NCBI GenBank assembly: GCA_043798795.1
Contig: JAZDOJ010000007.1
Coordinates: forward strand, 28,259 to 92,258
Direction: 5' to 3'
DNA length: 64,000 nt
DNA from: Candidatus Omnitrophota bacterium
GTDB lineage: Bacteria > Omnitrophota > Gorgyraeia > Gygaellales > Profunditerraquicolaceae
Positions 41,538-51,418 of this stretch are shown piece after piece. The notes under the pieces are model-generated. The model did not search any database, was not told the DNA's origin, and was given only the letters and a program-made list of their open reading frames with translations. Every line of letters begins with the position of its first letter. Position 1 is the stretch's first letter. Made by a program: the position numbers and the translations under genes.

Positions 41538-44075
41538 ATGGATAAGAAGGTATTGTATTTGATCGATGCGACGGCTTTCTGTTACCGGGCCTTTTACGCG
41601 CTCAAGGGCCTTGCGACGTCTTTCGGCCAACCCACAAATGCTGTCTATGGGTTCGTTGTGATGTTGCGCAAGATCTTAAAAGAAAAAAATCCGCAGTATC
41701 TAGCCGTCTGCTTTGACGTCTCCCGGGACACCTTCCGAAAAAAAAAATTCGCCGAGTATAAGATCCACAGGCCCCCTATGCCGGAAGGGCTCACTAGTCA
41801 GATCCCTTTGATTAAACAGGTAATTCAGGCCCAGGGTATCGCCTCTGTCGAAAAGCAGGGTTTTGAGGCGGATGATATCATCGCGACAATCGCCCACAGG
41901 GCTAAAATAGAAAATTTTTCTACGGTGATCGTTAGTTCCGATAAGGATATTTTGCAGTTGGTCAACGAAAACACGGTCGTTTACAGCCCTTCGAAGGATG
42001 AGGACCAGACCTATACCCCGCAAGAGGTGCGAGAGCGTTTCGGCGTAGCCCCAGAAAGAATCCCTGACATCATGGCGTTGATGGGGGATGATGTGGATAA
42101 CATCCCGGGGGTGCGGGGAATCGGAGAAAAGACAGCCGTTCAATTAATTAAGGAATTCGGTTCTTTGAAGAAGTTGGTGGATGGCGCGGATCAAATCAAA
42201 CAGGAGAAGACCCGTAGGGTCATCTTGGATAGCCTGGATAGAATCCGCTTGAACAAAGAATTGGCAATGTTAGACCAAAACGTCGATGTCGCCATCGATT
42301 TAGAATCCCTGAAAATCAAAGATCCCGATCAGAAAGAGCTTTTCCGGTTATTCAAGTATCTCGAATTCAAAAAGTTCTCAGATGATATCAGGCCTAAAGA
42401 AGGCATTTCGGCAGAGGTGCCGTTATCCAGTATCCAGGATGAGGCTTTAGCGGATCTTGTAAAAGATGAGGAAGAGTTGGTTCTCTTTGGAATGTCCCAG
42501 GAGAATCTGGTTGTTAAAAAAGACAACAAGGCCTTTAAAATAAAAAACGCAAGGTCGAACCTTAAAAGTCTATTAGAGAACCCCAAGGTAGGTAAGATTG
42601 GCCATGACCTTAAAGAAATGAAATTGGCCTTGGCCCAGGAGGGAATCGATTTGAAGGGCCTCAAGTTTGATACGATGGTGGCAGCCTATCTCTTGAATCC
42701 TTCCAAAGCCCAGTACTCTCTTGCCGATATCGCCTGGGATTATCTGAATGAATTATCGGCTAAACTTATCGATGGCGCCCAGGCTGTGGTCTTGATTGAC
42801 CGATTGAAGCCTCATTTAGAGAAAGAGCTTAAAGAAAAAGATCTACTTGACCTTTTTGAAAAGTTAGAGATGCCTCTCGTGGAGGTTCTGGCGGCCATGC
42901 AGTTGACCGGGATAAAATTAGACGTGCCGGTCCTGGAACAGCTGTCCAGGGATATAGAAAAAAGATTGATCAAGCTGATCGAAGCCATTTATGAAAAAAG
43001 CGGTTGTTCCTTCAACATAAATTCTCCCAAGCAATTAAGGCAGATTTTGTTTGAGAACTTAAAATTACCGGTGGTCAAGAGAAGCAAGACCGGCCCCTCA
43101 ACAGATGAGGAGGTACTGAAGAGTTTGAGTGATAAGCACGAGCTGCCGAGGCTGTTGCTGGAGTACCGACAACTCACCAAGCTGAAGAACACCTATGTGG
43201 ATACGCTGCCTGCTTTGGTGAATCCCAGGACAGGCAGGCTGCATACCTCTTTCAATCAGACGGCGACCGAAACGGGAAGGCTTAGCTCCAGTAACCCCAA
43301 TCTGCAAAATTTGCCCGTAAAGACGGATATCGCGAAAGTCATAAGAAAAGCTGTCATTTCTTCAGATGAGGACAGTTATCTTCTGTCCTGTGATTATTCT
43401 CAGATAGAATTAAGGGTCCTGGCCCATTTATCCAAAGACGAGAACCTGACCTTGAGTTTTAAAGAAAACAGGGATATCCATAAGGCCACCGCCGCCTTAG
43501 TCTATGGTTTAGAGGAAAAAGATATCACCGGGCCTATGCGCGAAGTCGCCAAAAGGGTCAATTTCGGCATCGTCTACGGTCTTTCGTCTTTCGGGTTAAG
43601 CAGGGATTTAAACATTTCTCTTGAAGAGGCGCAGAGATTCATCGACGCTTATTTTCTAAGGTACCCGGGTGTCCAAGAATACATTCAGCACCAGATACAA
43701 AAAGCGAAAGAAAAAGGTTTTGTGACGACACTCTTAGGCAGGAGAAGGTATATTCCTCAAATCCATGACAAGAATCAGGGCATCCGGCAGTTTGCCCAGC
43801 GTCAGGCCGTCAATACCCCCATTCAGGGCACGGCCTCTGATCTCATCAAACTCGCCATGGTCCAGATACACGACCAGATTCGCCTTAGGCATTTTCGCTC
43901 ATCGATGATCCTGCAGATTCATGACGAGCTCCTGTTCGATGTCAAAAGCGATGAATTTGAAGCCCTGGAGAAACTGGTGAAAGACAGGATGGAAAATGTA
44001 TTACAGCTGGATGTGCCCATCAAAGTGGATATCAAGAAAGGCAAAAATTGGCTGGATATGGAGGAAATCAAATGA
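41538..44075 (+). CDS. polA: DNA polymerase I
   Basis: 5'-3' exonuclease (EADD, SDKD, GD..DNIPG); polymerase motifs DYSQIELR, AK.VNFGIVYG, QIHDEL. Confidence 0.98.
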   Translation: MDKKVLYLIDATAFCYRAFYALKGLATSFGQPTNAVYGFVVMLRKILKEKNPQYLAVCFDVSRDTFRKKKFAEYKIHRPPMPEGLTSQIPLIKQVIQAQGIASVEKQGFEADDIIATIAHRAKIENFSTVIVSSDKDILQLVNENTVVYSPSKDEDQTYTPQEVRERFGVAPERIPDIMALMGDDVDNIPGVRGIGEKTAVQLIKEFGSLKKLVDGADQIKQEKTRRVILDSLDRIRLNKELAMLDQNVDVAIDLESLKIKDPDQKELFRLFKYLEFKKFSDDIRPKEGISAEVPLSSIQDEALADLVKDEEELVLFGMSQENLVVKKDNKAFKIKNARSNLKSLLENPKVGKIGHDLKEMKLALAQEGIDLKGLKFDTMVAAYLLNPSKAQYSLADIAWDYLNELSAKLIDGAQAVVLIDRLKPHLEKELKEKDLLDLFEKLEMPLVEVLAAMQLTGIKLDVPVLEQLSRDIEKRLIKLIEAIYEKSGCSFNINSPKQLRQILFENLKLPVVKRSKTGPSTDEEVLKSLSDKHELPRLLLEYRQLTKLKNTYVDTLPALVNPRTGRLHTSFNQTATETGRLSSSNPNLQNLPVKTDIAKVIRKAVISSDEDSYLLSCDYSQIELRVLAHLSKDENLTLSFKENRDIHKATAALVYGLEEKDITGPMREVAKRVNFGIVYGLSSFGLSRDLNISLEEAQRFIDAYFLRYPGVQEYIQHQIQKAKEKGFVTTLLGRRRYIPQIHDKNQGIRQFAQRQAVNTPIQGTASDLIKLAMVQIHDQIRLRHFRSSMILQIHDELLFDVKSDEFEALEKLVKDRMENVLQLDVPIKVDIKKGKNWLDMEEIK

Positions 44076-45460
44076 AGATACTTTTCGCATCAAGCGAGGT
44101 GGTTCCTTTTGCCAAGACCGGCGGCCTGGCGGATGTGGCCGGTGCCTTACCTTTAGCCCTGGAAGAATTGGGAGAAGAGGTTATCATAACGCTTCCCCGC
44201 TACAAGGCCATTACGGACACCCGGTTTAAAATCCAGAGGCTGAAAGAAAATGTTTCTTTTTCAGTTATAGGCAGGAATATCAAGGTTTATTTTATCGAAA
44301 ATGATAAATATTTTTCCCGGGACGGTCTGTATCAGGATAAAGGCACTGATTTTGAAGATAATCTGGAGAGATTTTCCTATTACTGCGCGAGGTCCTTGGA
44401 GCTATTAAAAGAAATCAATTTCAAGGCGGATATCATCCATGTGCATGATTGGCAGGCCAGTCTCATCCCGGTCTATTTAAAGACCCGGTATGCCCAGGAT
44501 CCTTTTTTCAAGAAGACCCGGGTCCTGCTTACGGTTCACAACATCGGCTATCAAGGGCTTTTTCCTAAAGAGGAATTTCCTGAACTCGGTTTGAATGAGG
44601 AAGTGTTTAGCATAGAGGGCCTGGAGTATTACGGCAAGATCAATATCCTTAAAGGGGGCCTTGAGTTCTCGGATCTCATCAATACGGTCAGTCCTACGTA
44701 TGCCTCAGAGATCCGGACAAAGGAATTCGGCTTCGGTCTGGAGGGCGTCCTGAATAAACGAAAGGAGCGGCTCTTTGGTATATTGAACGGGCTGGACTAT
44801 AAAATCTGGAACCCTGAGACAGATCCCTCGATCGCCAAGAATTTTTCTCTTAAGGACTTAGCAGGCAAGCAAAAGAATAAAGAAGATCTGCAAAAGATCT
44901 GTCCCTTGCCCGTTTCCTCCGATACGCCGCTGATCGGTATTGTTTCCAGGTTAGCCCAGCAGAAAGGTTTTGATATAATGGCAGAGGGACTCGAGCGCAT
45001 TTGCAAGATGAAACTACAGCTTGTGATTTTGGGAACAGGGGATTTGAAATACCACAAGGTCCTGCAGGATTTGGTTAAGATTTATCCAAAGGTTATTTCT
45101 TTGCACCTGAAGTTTGACGATACTCTCGCGCATAAGATATACGCGGGATCCGATATTTTTCTCATGCCGTCTCGATACGAACCCTGCGGATTGGGCCAGA
45201 TGATCAGTTTCAGGTATGGCACCCTGCCGTTGGTGTTTAAGACGGGAGGCCTGGCGGATACAGTCAACAGGGATAACGGATTCGTCTTTGAGCACTATAC
45301 GAAAGAGGATCTCATTAAGACTATCACCAGGGCGCTTGCTGCATACGGGAACAAAGAAAAATGGACAAGGCTTGTTGCAGGCGCTATGAAGAGCAATTTC
45401 TCTTGGGAAGAGTCTGCCAAAAAGTATCTCGAACTTTATGCCAAGGCAAAATCTATGTAA
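44072..45460 (+). CDS. glgA: Glycogen synthase
   Basis: SE..PFAKTGGLADV, HDWQ, TVHN..YQG, MPSRYEPCGL.Q; ATG at 44072. Confidence 0.96.
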   Translation: MKILFASSEVVPFAKTGGLADVAGALPLALEELGEEVIITLPRYKAITDTRFKIQRLKENVSFSVIGRNIKVYFIENDKYFSRDGLYQDKGTDFEDNLERFSYYCARSLELLKEINFKADIIHVHDWQASLIPVYLKTRYAQDPFFKKTRVLLTVHNIGYQGLFPKEEFPELGLNEEVFSIEGLEYYGKINILKGGLEFSDLINTVSPTYASEIRTKEFGFGLEGVLNKRKERLFGILNGLDYKIWNPETDPSIAKNFSLKDLAGKQKNKEDLQKICPLPVSSDTPLIGIVSRLAQQKGFDIMAEGLERICKMKLQLVILGTGDLKYHKVLQDLVKIYPKVISLHLKFDDTLAHKIYAGSDIFLMPSRYEPCGLGQMISFRYGTLPLVFKTGGLADTVNRDNGFVFEHYTKEDLIKTITRALAAYGNKEKWTRLVAGAMKSNFSWEESAKKYLELYAKAKSM

Positions 45461-46070
45461 AAAAAGAATCATTCTGGGTGTAACAGGCGTGTTTGGCAGC
45501 GGTAAGACCACCGTCTCTAAGATCTTTAAGTCTTTCGGAGTTGACGTCATCGATGCAGATAGGATTGCCCATCGCTGCCTGAACCAAGATCCTCATGCGC
45601 GCAAGAAGGTTATTCGTACGTTTGGCACAAAGATTCTGGATGCGCATGGTCGAATAAGCCGAAAAAAATTAGCCAAGGTAGTTTTTAGTAACAGAATTTC
45701 ATTACGGAGGCTCAACAGGATTTTGCATCCGGCTATCATCAGAATCATAAAAGGAAAGATGGGACTTTCCCGTTCAAGGGTTGTTGTCTTGGATGCGCCT
45801 CTCTTGCTGGAGGCGGGATTAAAAACTGTGGTAGACAAGCTAGTGGTGGTAACGATTACCCCGCCCAAGCAGCTTGAGAGGATCGCGAAAAGAGATTCCT
45901 TGGAACCTCAAGCCGTAAAGGTGCGGACCAGGAGTCAGATTCCCCAATCCCAAAAGGTGCAGTTGGCGGATTTTATCATAGATAACAGCGGCAGTCTCAA
46001 GAATACAAAAAGACAGGTGAAGGATGTTTGGAGCAAGTTGAACTTATCCCTCACACCCGAAAGGCGGTAG
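45438..46070 (+). CDS. coaE: Dephospho-CoA kinase
   Basis: GVTG.FGSGKT, IDAD.IAH, LN.ILHP, DAPLLLE, IDNSG. Confidence 0.94.
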   Translation: MPRQNLCKKRIILGVTGVFGSGKTTVSKIFKSFGVDVIDADRIAHRCLNQDPHARKKVIRTFGTKILDAHGRISRKKLAKVVFSNRISLRRLNRILHPAIIRIIKGKMGLSRSRVVVLDAPLLLEAGLKTVVDKLVVVTITPPKQLERIAKRDSLEPQAVKVRTRSQIPQSQKVQLADFIIDNSGSLKNTKRQVKDVWSKLNLSLTPERR

Positions 46071-46119
46071 ATGGGTGCTTGGGATTAATTTGCTGAATCC
46101 GCTATAGCGGGCAAATTAA
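46046..46119. repeat. Two inverted repeats in the rho leader
   Basis: ATCCC..CACCC / GGGTG..GGGAT (46046-46085); TTAATTTGC / GCAAATTAA enclosing the palindrome CCGCTATAGCGG (46085-46119). Confidence 0.65.
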
Positions 46120-46129
46120 GGAGGAAAGA

Positions 46130-47386
46130 GTGGAAAAATTAGATATCGGAAACTTAAAAGACATGAAGATCATCGAGCTGAGTAAATTGGCTAGGGAACT
46201 CAATGTGAACGGCACGAGCGGCCTCAAGAAACAGGACCTCATTTTTAAAGTTCTTCAGGCCCAGGCCGAGAAAGAGGGGCTCATGTTCGGTGAGGGGATT
46301 TTAGAGATATTGCCCGAAGGATTCGGCTTTTTAAGGAGCCCGAACTACAATTACCTGCCCTGTCCGGACGACATTTATATTTCTCCGTCACAGATAAGGA
46401 AATTTGATTTGAGGACGGGAGACACGGTCAGCGGCCAGATCCGGCCGCCTAAGGAGGGGGAGAAATATTTTGCGCTTCTCAAAGTGGAGGCGGTGAACTT
46501 TGAGAATCCGGAAGAGGTCAAGGAAAAAGTCCTGTTCGATAATCTCACCCCTGTTTATCCGCGTGCCCCCTTTAATCTGGAGACAAAGCCGGAAGAGATA
46601 TCCATGCGGGTGATGAGTCTGCTGACACCCATCGGCAAAGGCCAGCGAGGGCTGATTGTTGCTCAACCTTATAGCGGTAAGACCGTTCTTTTGCAGAAGA
46701 TTGCCAATGCCATAACCGCCAATACGCCGGATGTGGTCTTGATTGTGCTTCTGATAGACGAACGGCCGGAGGAAGTGACCGATATGCAAAGAAACGTTAA
46801 GGGAGAAGTTATCTCATCCACCTTTGACGAGCCGCCGGAACGCCATGTGCAAGTTGCTGAGATCGTTCTTGAAAAAGCCAAAAGGCTCGTTGAGCATAAG
46901 AGGGATGTGGTGGTGCTTCTGGACAGTATCACGCGCCTGGCGCGGGCGTATAACTCCGTTATACCGCACAGCGGAAAAGTCCTCTCAGGGGGTATCGACT
47001 CCAATGCCCTTCAAAAACCAAAAAGATTTTTTGGGGCGGCGCGTGCCATTGAAGAGGGAGGAAGCCTGACCATCATTGCTACGGCACTGGTTGAGACCGG
47101 AAGCCGCATGGATGACGTGATCTTCGAGGAATTTAAAGGCACGGGTAATATGGAATTGCAGTTGGACAGGAATTTATTTCAGCGCCGGATTTACCCTGCC
47201 ATGGATATCAAACGTTCCAATACCCGACACGAAGAATTGCTGGTGAAACAGGAGCAATTACAGAAGATCTGGATCTTAAGGAAAGTCCTGAATGAGCTGA
47301 GCAACGTGGAGGCGATGGAGCTTCTCATTGAGAAGCTTTCCAAGACGAAGAATAACGAAGAGTTTTTGAACAGCATGAATCAATAA
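46130..47386 (+). CDS. rho: Transcription termination factor Rho
   Basis: GTG start after AAGGAGG; [41 protein letters not shown]. Confidence 0.98.
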   Translation: MEKLDIGNLKDMKIIELSKLARELNVNGTSGLKKQDLIFKVLQAQAEKEGLMFGEGILEILPEGFGFLRSPNYNYLPCPDDIYISPSQIRKFDLRTGDTVSGQIRPPKEGEKYFALLKVEAVNFENPEEVKEKVLFDNLTPVYPRAPFNLETKPEEISMRVMSLLTPIGKGQRGLIVAQPYSGKTVLLQKIANAITANTPDVVLIVLLIDERPEEVTDMQRNVKGEVISSTFDEPPERHVQVAEIVLEKAKRLVEHKRDVVVLLDSITRLARAYNSVIPHSGKVLSGGIDSNALQKPKRFFGAARAIEEGGSLTIIATALVETGSRMDDVIFEEFKGTGNMELQLDRNLFQRRIYPAMDIKRSNTRHEELLVKQEQLQKIWILRKVLNELSNVEAMELLIEKLSKTKNNEEFLNSMNQ

Positions 47387-47400
47387 TGAGTTTACGGTTA

Positions 47401-47461
47401 CCCCCCCAGCTCAGTTAAATTTAAGGGGGGATCCCGCCAGCTATCAGATATCAGGGCGGGA
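47401..47461. repeat. Paired GC-rich hairpins between rho and rpmE
   Basis: C7..G6 (47401-47430) and TCCCGCC..GGCGGGA (47432-47461). Confidence 0.6.
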
Positions 47462-47496
47462 AAAGTTCAGACTTCAAAGTAGAAAGGAAAAAGAAA

Positions 47497-47700
47497 ATGA
47501 AAGATAAGATTCATCCGAATTATAAAGAGTGCACGATTGTCTGCGCCTGCGGAGAGACCATCCATACGCGTTCCACCAAACCCAGTATCCGCGTCGAGAT
47601 ATGTTCTAAGTGCCATCCGTTTTTTACGGGGAAGCAAAAATTCGTGGATTCCGCGGGCCGTGTGGATAAATTCCTGAAAAAGTACGGCAAGAAAAGCTAA
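47497..47700 (+). CDS. rpmE: 50S ribosomal protein L31 (Zn-binding form)
   Basis: [20 protein letters not shown]. Confidence 0.97.
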   Translation: MKDKIHPNYKECTIVCACGETIHTRSTKPSIRVEICSKCHPFFTGKQKFVDSAGRVDKFLKKYGKKS

Positions 47701-47706
47701 GATTAT

Positions 47707-48771
47707 ATGTTTGAACAGTTACAAAAGTCAGAACAGCGCTATGGAGAATTAGAGCAGCTTTTGGCCTCATCCGACGTCATCTCTGACAAGGATAGTTACC
47801 ATAAGTTAGCTAAAGAGTTTTCGGATCTTAAAGACACGGTTTCATTCTTCAGGGAATATAAAAGGATCGCCAAGGAGATGGAGGACCTGGCAGCGGTGCT
47901 CAAAGAGAAGCACGATAAGGAGTTCGTTGATTTAGCCAAAGAAGAACTTCAGGATTTAGAAGCCCGTAAAACTCATTTAGAGGAAAGCTTGAAGGTGGCC
48001 TTGGCCGGTGAAGATCGAGATAGCGGAAGGGATGTCATCGTAGAGATAAGGCAGGGTACAGGAGGGGATGAAGCGGGATTGTTTGCGGCGGATCTTTACC
48101 GGATGTACGTTAAATATGCGGCTCATAAAGGCTGGATGGTGGAATCTATGTCTTCTAGTTCTAATGAGGCCGGCGGATTGAAAGAGGTTATTTTTAGCGT
48201 CAAAGGAAAAGAGGCGTACAGAAGGCTTAAATTTGAAAGCGGTGTCCATCGCGTGCAACGTGTGCCCGTGACAGAGGCCTCGGGCCGGATTCATACGTCT
48301 ACGGCAACCGTTGTTGTCCTGATCGAACCGGAAAAAACGGACCTGGTCATCGATGCGAAAGACCTCAAGATTGACACCTATCGGTCCAGCGGCCCCGGTG
48401 GCCAGCATATGCAGAAAACCGACTCGGCCGTCAGGATTACGCATATTCCCTCAGGCGTTGTGGTCGCTTGTCAGGATGAGCGTTCCCAGCTTAAGAATAA
48501 GCTCAAGGCCATGAGGATTCTTGGGGCCAAGCTCCTGGATATGAAAAAAGAGCAGGAATGCAGGAAATTATCTCAGGCGCGCAAGTCCCAGATCGGCACG
48601 GGTGACCGCAGTGAAAAAATCCGCACGTATAATTTTCCAGATCGCAGAGTCACCGACCACCGCATCAATTTTACCCTGCACCGGTTAGAGGCCGTCCTGG
48701 AGGGAGAGCTGGATGAATTATCGGAAGCCCTGATCAGGGCTCAAGAAGAAAAAGCAAAGGAGACAGGATAA
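47707..48771 (+). CDS. prfA: Peptide chain release factor 1
   Basis: GTGGDEA, HRVQRVPVTE (PxT motif), GGQ, RTYNFP..RVTDHR. Confidence 0.97.
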   Translation: MFEQLQKSEQRYGELEQLLASSDVISDKDSYHKLAKEFSDLKDTVSFFREYKRIAKEMEDLAAVLKEKHDKEFVDLAKEELQDLEARKTHLEESLKVALAGEDRDSGRDVIVEIRQGTGGDEAGLFAADLYRMYVKYAAHKGWMVESMSSSSNEAGGLKEVIFSVKGKEAYRRLKFESGVHRVQRVPVTEASGRIHTSTATVVVLIEPEKTDLVIDAKDLKIDTYRSSGPGGQHMQKTDSAVRITHIPSGVVVACQDERSQLKNKLKAMRILGAKLLDMKKEQECRKLSQARKSQIGTGDRSEKIRTYNFPDRRVTDHRINFTLHRLEAVLEGELDELSEALIRAQEEKAKETG

Positions 48772-48775
48772 AGGC

Positions 48776-49582
48776 ATGAACGAAGCCGAACTCACTTTTA
48801 CACAGATTTTGGATTATAGTCGGTCGGACCTGTATCAAAACAGGCATTCATTTTTGGAGAAAGGTCAAGCCTCTTTGATAGCTTCCGTATTAAAAAGAAG
48901 AATTCATGGAGAACCGCTGCCGTATATTCTGAAAAAGACAGAATTCATGGGTCTGGAATTTAAAGTGAACAGGTGCGTACTTATCCCCAGGCCGGAGACG
49001 GAAATCTTGGTTGAGACGGCCCTAAAATATGTCACCACGTCACCACGTCACCACGTCACCCGCGTGAACATTTTGGATGTAGGTACAGGTTCGGGATGTA
49101 TTGCCATAAGTCTGGCTAAATTTCTACCAGATACGGATATAACAGCTACGGATATTTCAGAAAGGGCGATAGAAATCGCCAGGCAGAATGCGCTCATCCA
49201 TAATGTAGAAATCAATTTTTTATGCAGTGATTTGTTTGACAACTACGAACTACGAACTATGAACTATGAACTCATCATCTCTAATCCTCCCTACGTTCGC
49301 ACGCAAGATTTGAATTCTCTGCAGCCTGAGATTAGCTACGAGCCTCGGATCGCTTTGGATGGGGGGCAAGACGGAATGGATTTTTACCGCCGCATCATAA
49401 AGGAAGCCCCGAATCATTTAGAGAAAGAAGGCTTTTTACTCCTTGAGATCGGGTACGCTCAATTAGAACCCATAAGAATGCTATTCAAGAAGTCAGGAAG
49501 TTTAAAGATCATGGACGTTGTTAAAGACTATAATAACATCGATAGAATCATAGTAGCCAGAAAAATGAATAGACTGAGGTGA
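48776..49582 (+). CDS. prmC: Release factor glutamine methyltransferase
   Basis: LIPRPETE, DVGTGSG, SNPPY, EP..ALDGG.DG. Confidence 0.95.
   Translation: MNEAELTFTQILDYSRSDLYQNRHSFLEKGQASLIASVLKRRIHGEPLPYILKKTEFMGLEFKVNRCVLIPRPETEILVETALKYVTTSPRHHVTRVNILDVGTGSGCIAISLAKFLPDTDITATDISERAIEIARQNALIHNVEINFLCSDLFDNYELRTMNYELIISNPPYVRTQDLNSLQPEISYEPRIALDGGQDGMDFYRRIIKEAPNHLEKEGFLLLEIGYAQLEPIRMLFKKSGSLKIMDVVKDYNNIDRIIVARKMNRLR
49031..49060 (+). repeat. (GTCACCAC)x3.75 inside prmC
   Basis: Three exact 8-mers plus GTCACC. Confidence 0.9.
49241..49272 (+). repeat. (AACTAYG)x4 inside prmC
   Basis: AACTACG AACTACG AACTATG AACTATG AACT. Confidence 0.9.
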
Positions 49583-49588
49583 TGAAAG

Positions 49589-50851
49589 ATGGATAAGCTG
49601 ATCATAGAAGGGGGAGAGCGATTATCAGGGGAAGTGACGGTGTCAGGGGCCAAGAATGCCGTGCTTCCCATTTTGGCAGCAACTTTATTGACCGAGGATG
49701 CCTGTGTCATCCGGGGCGCACCTTATCTGCGGGATACCCAAACCATGGTCAAGATCTTGCGTTCTTTAGGAAAGGTCGCTGAATTTGACAAGGGCGTCAT
49801 CAGTCTGGTATCGGGTCGAAGCGTCAACTACACGGCGGATTATAAGCTCGTTTCGACCATGCGGGCTTCTTTTTGTGTCCTCGGTCCTCTTTTGGCAAAA
49901 TTTAAAAAGGCCAAAGTCTCTCTGCCGGGCGGTTGCGTTATCGGGGTCAGGCCCGTGGACTTGCATGTGAAAGGATTAAAAGCCCTGGGTGCTGGTATTG
50001 ATATTGATTCAGGTTATATCGTGGCAAAGGCGGACAGGCTTAAAGGCAGCCGTATCTATTTGGGCGGTGTTTGCGGTTCATCGGTCTTGGCAACAGATAA
50101 TGTGATGATGGCAGCGGTTCTTGCCCGAGGCAGGACGATTATCGAATCTGCGGCCTGCGAGCCGGAGGTCGTGGATTTAGCGGAGTTTTTGATCAAGATG
50201 GGAGCTAAAATAAAAGGTCATGGTACTCCGACCATAGAAATCGAGGGGGTCAAGCATCTGCATGGAGCGACCCACACCATCATCCCCGACAGAATAGAGG
50301 CCGGCACCTTGATGGTCGCAGCTTTGATTACGCGGGGAGATATCCTGATCAAAAATGTCTTTTTGCATCATTTGGGTGCGGTGATAGACAAATTAGAGGA
50401 AGCAGGGGCCTCTGTCCATAAGACGGACAGTTCCGTGCGGGTACGCGCCCGAAAAAGACTGAAGCCCGTGAACGTCACGACCCTGCCTTATCCTGGTTTT
50501 CCTACAGATATGCAGGCACAGATCATGGGATTGATGAGCGTGACGCAGGGTATCAGCGTTATCACCGAGAAGATTTATCCCGACAGGTTTATGCATGTGG
50601 CTGAGCTGAATCGTATGGGCGCCCATATTCAGAGAGAGGGGCCGCACGCCATTGTGGAGGGTGTCAAGGGTTTATCCGGCGCGCCGGTGATGGCCTCGGA
50701 TTTACGCGCATCCGCCTGTCTTATTCTGGCAGGCCTGGCGGCCAAGGGAAAGACGACTGTTTCCAGAATCTATCATTTGGAGCGCGGATACGAAAACATC
50801 GATGAGAAATTGCGTCGGTTAGGCGCCAGGGTGTGGAGGGAGAAAGAATAG
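49589..50851 (+). CDS. murA: UDP-N-acetylglucosamine 1-carboxyvinyltransferase
   Basis: SGAKNA, MRAS, LPGGC.IG.RP, PDRIEAGT, PGFPTDMQAQ, DLRA. Confidence 0.98.
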   Translation: MDKLIIEGGERLSGEVTVSGAKNAVLPILAATLLTEDACVIRGAPYLRDTQTMVKILRSLGKVAEFDKGVISLVSGRSVNYTADYKLVSTMRASFCVLGPLLAKFKKAKVSLPGGCVIGVRPVDLHVKGLKALGAGIDIDSGYIVAKADRLKGSRIYLGGVCGSSVLATDNVMMAAVLARGRTIIESAACEPEVVDLAEFLIKMGAKIKGHGTPTIEIEGVKHLHGATHTIIPDRIEAGTLMVAALITRGDILIKNVFLHHLGAVIDKLEEAGASVHKTDSSVRVRARKRLKPVNVTTLPYPGFPTDMQAQIMGLMSVTQGISVITEKIYPDRFMHVAELNRMGAHIQREGPHAIVEGVKGLSGAPVMASDLRASACLILAGLAAKGKTTVSRIYHLERGYENIDEKLRRLGARVWREKE

Positions 50852-50854
50852 GCC

Positions 50855-51418
50855 ATGATTCTTATGATCGATAACTACGATTCCTTCACCTTTAACCTGG
50901 TTCAGTATCTCAAGATTTTGGGCCAAGAGGTCAAGGTATTCAGAAACGATAAGATAACCCTGGAAGGCATCAGGAAGCTGGACCCTGAGAGAATCGTTAT
51001 TTCTCCCGGCCCCGGTCGTCCGGAAGGCGCAGGAATTTCCTGCGATTGCATAAGAGAATTCGCAGGGAAAATTCCTCTTTTGGGCGTATGTCTGGGCCAC
51101 CAATGTTTAGGGTTCGTTTATGGGGGGCACATTGGGTCTGCCAAAAGACTGATGCACGGAAAGATTTCGCGCATCTATCATAACGGGAAGGATATCTTTA
51201 AAGGCATCTCCAATCCCTTTGAGGCCACGCGTTACCATTCTTTGGTGGTTGAAAGAAAGGGGCTTCCGGATTGCCTGGAGATAACCGCCTGGACGCAAGA
51301 TAAAGAAATCATGGGGCTCAAGCATAAGAAATGCCCTCTCTGGGGCGTGCAATTCCATCCGGAATCCATTTTAACCAAGGCGGGTTTAAATATTTTAGCC
51401 AATTTCTTAAGAGAATGA
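50855..51418 (+). CDS. trpG: Anthranilate/ADC synthase glutamine amidotransferase component II
   Basis: [31 protein letters not shown]. Confidence 0.94.
   Translation: MILMIDNYDSFTFNLVQYLKILGQEVKVFRNDKITLEGIRKLDPERIVISPGPGRPEGAGISCDCIREFAGKIPLLGVCLGHQCLGFVYGGHIGSAKRLMHGKISRIYHNGKDIFKGISNPFEATRYHSLVVERKGLPDCLEITAWTQDKEIMGLKHKKCPLWGVQFHPESILTKAGLNILANFLRE

Noticed and set aside
49031-49272. CRISPR-like array
   Set aside because: Short tandem units without spacers and no cas genes.
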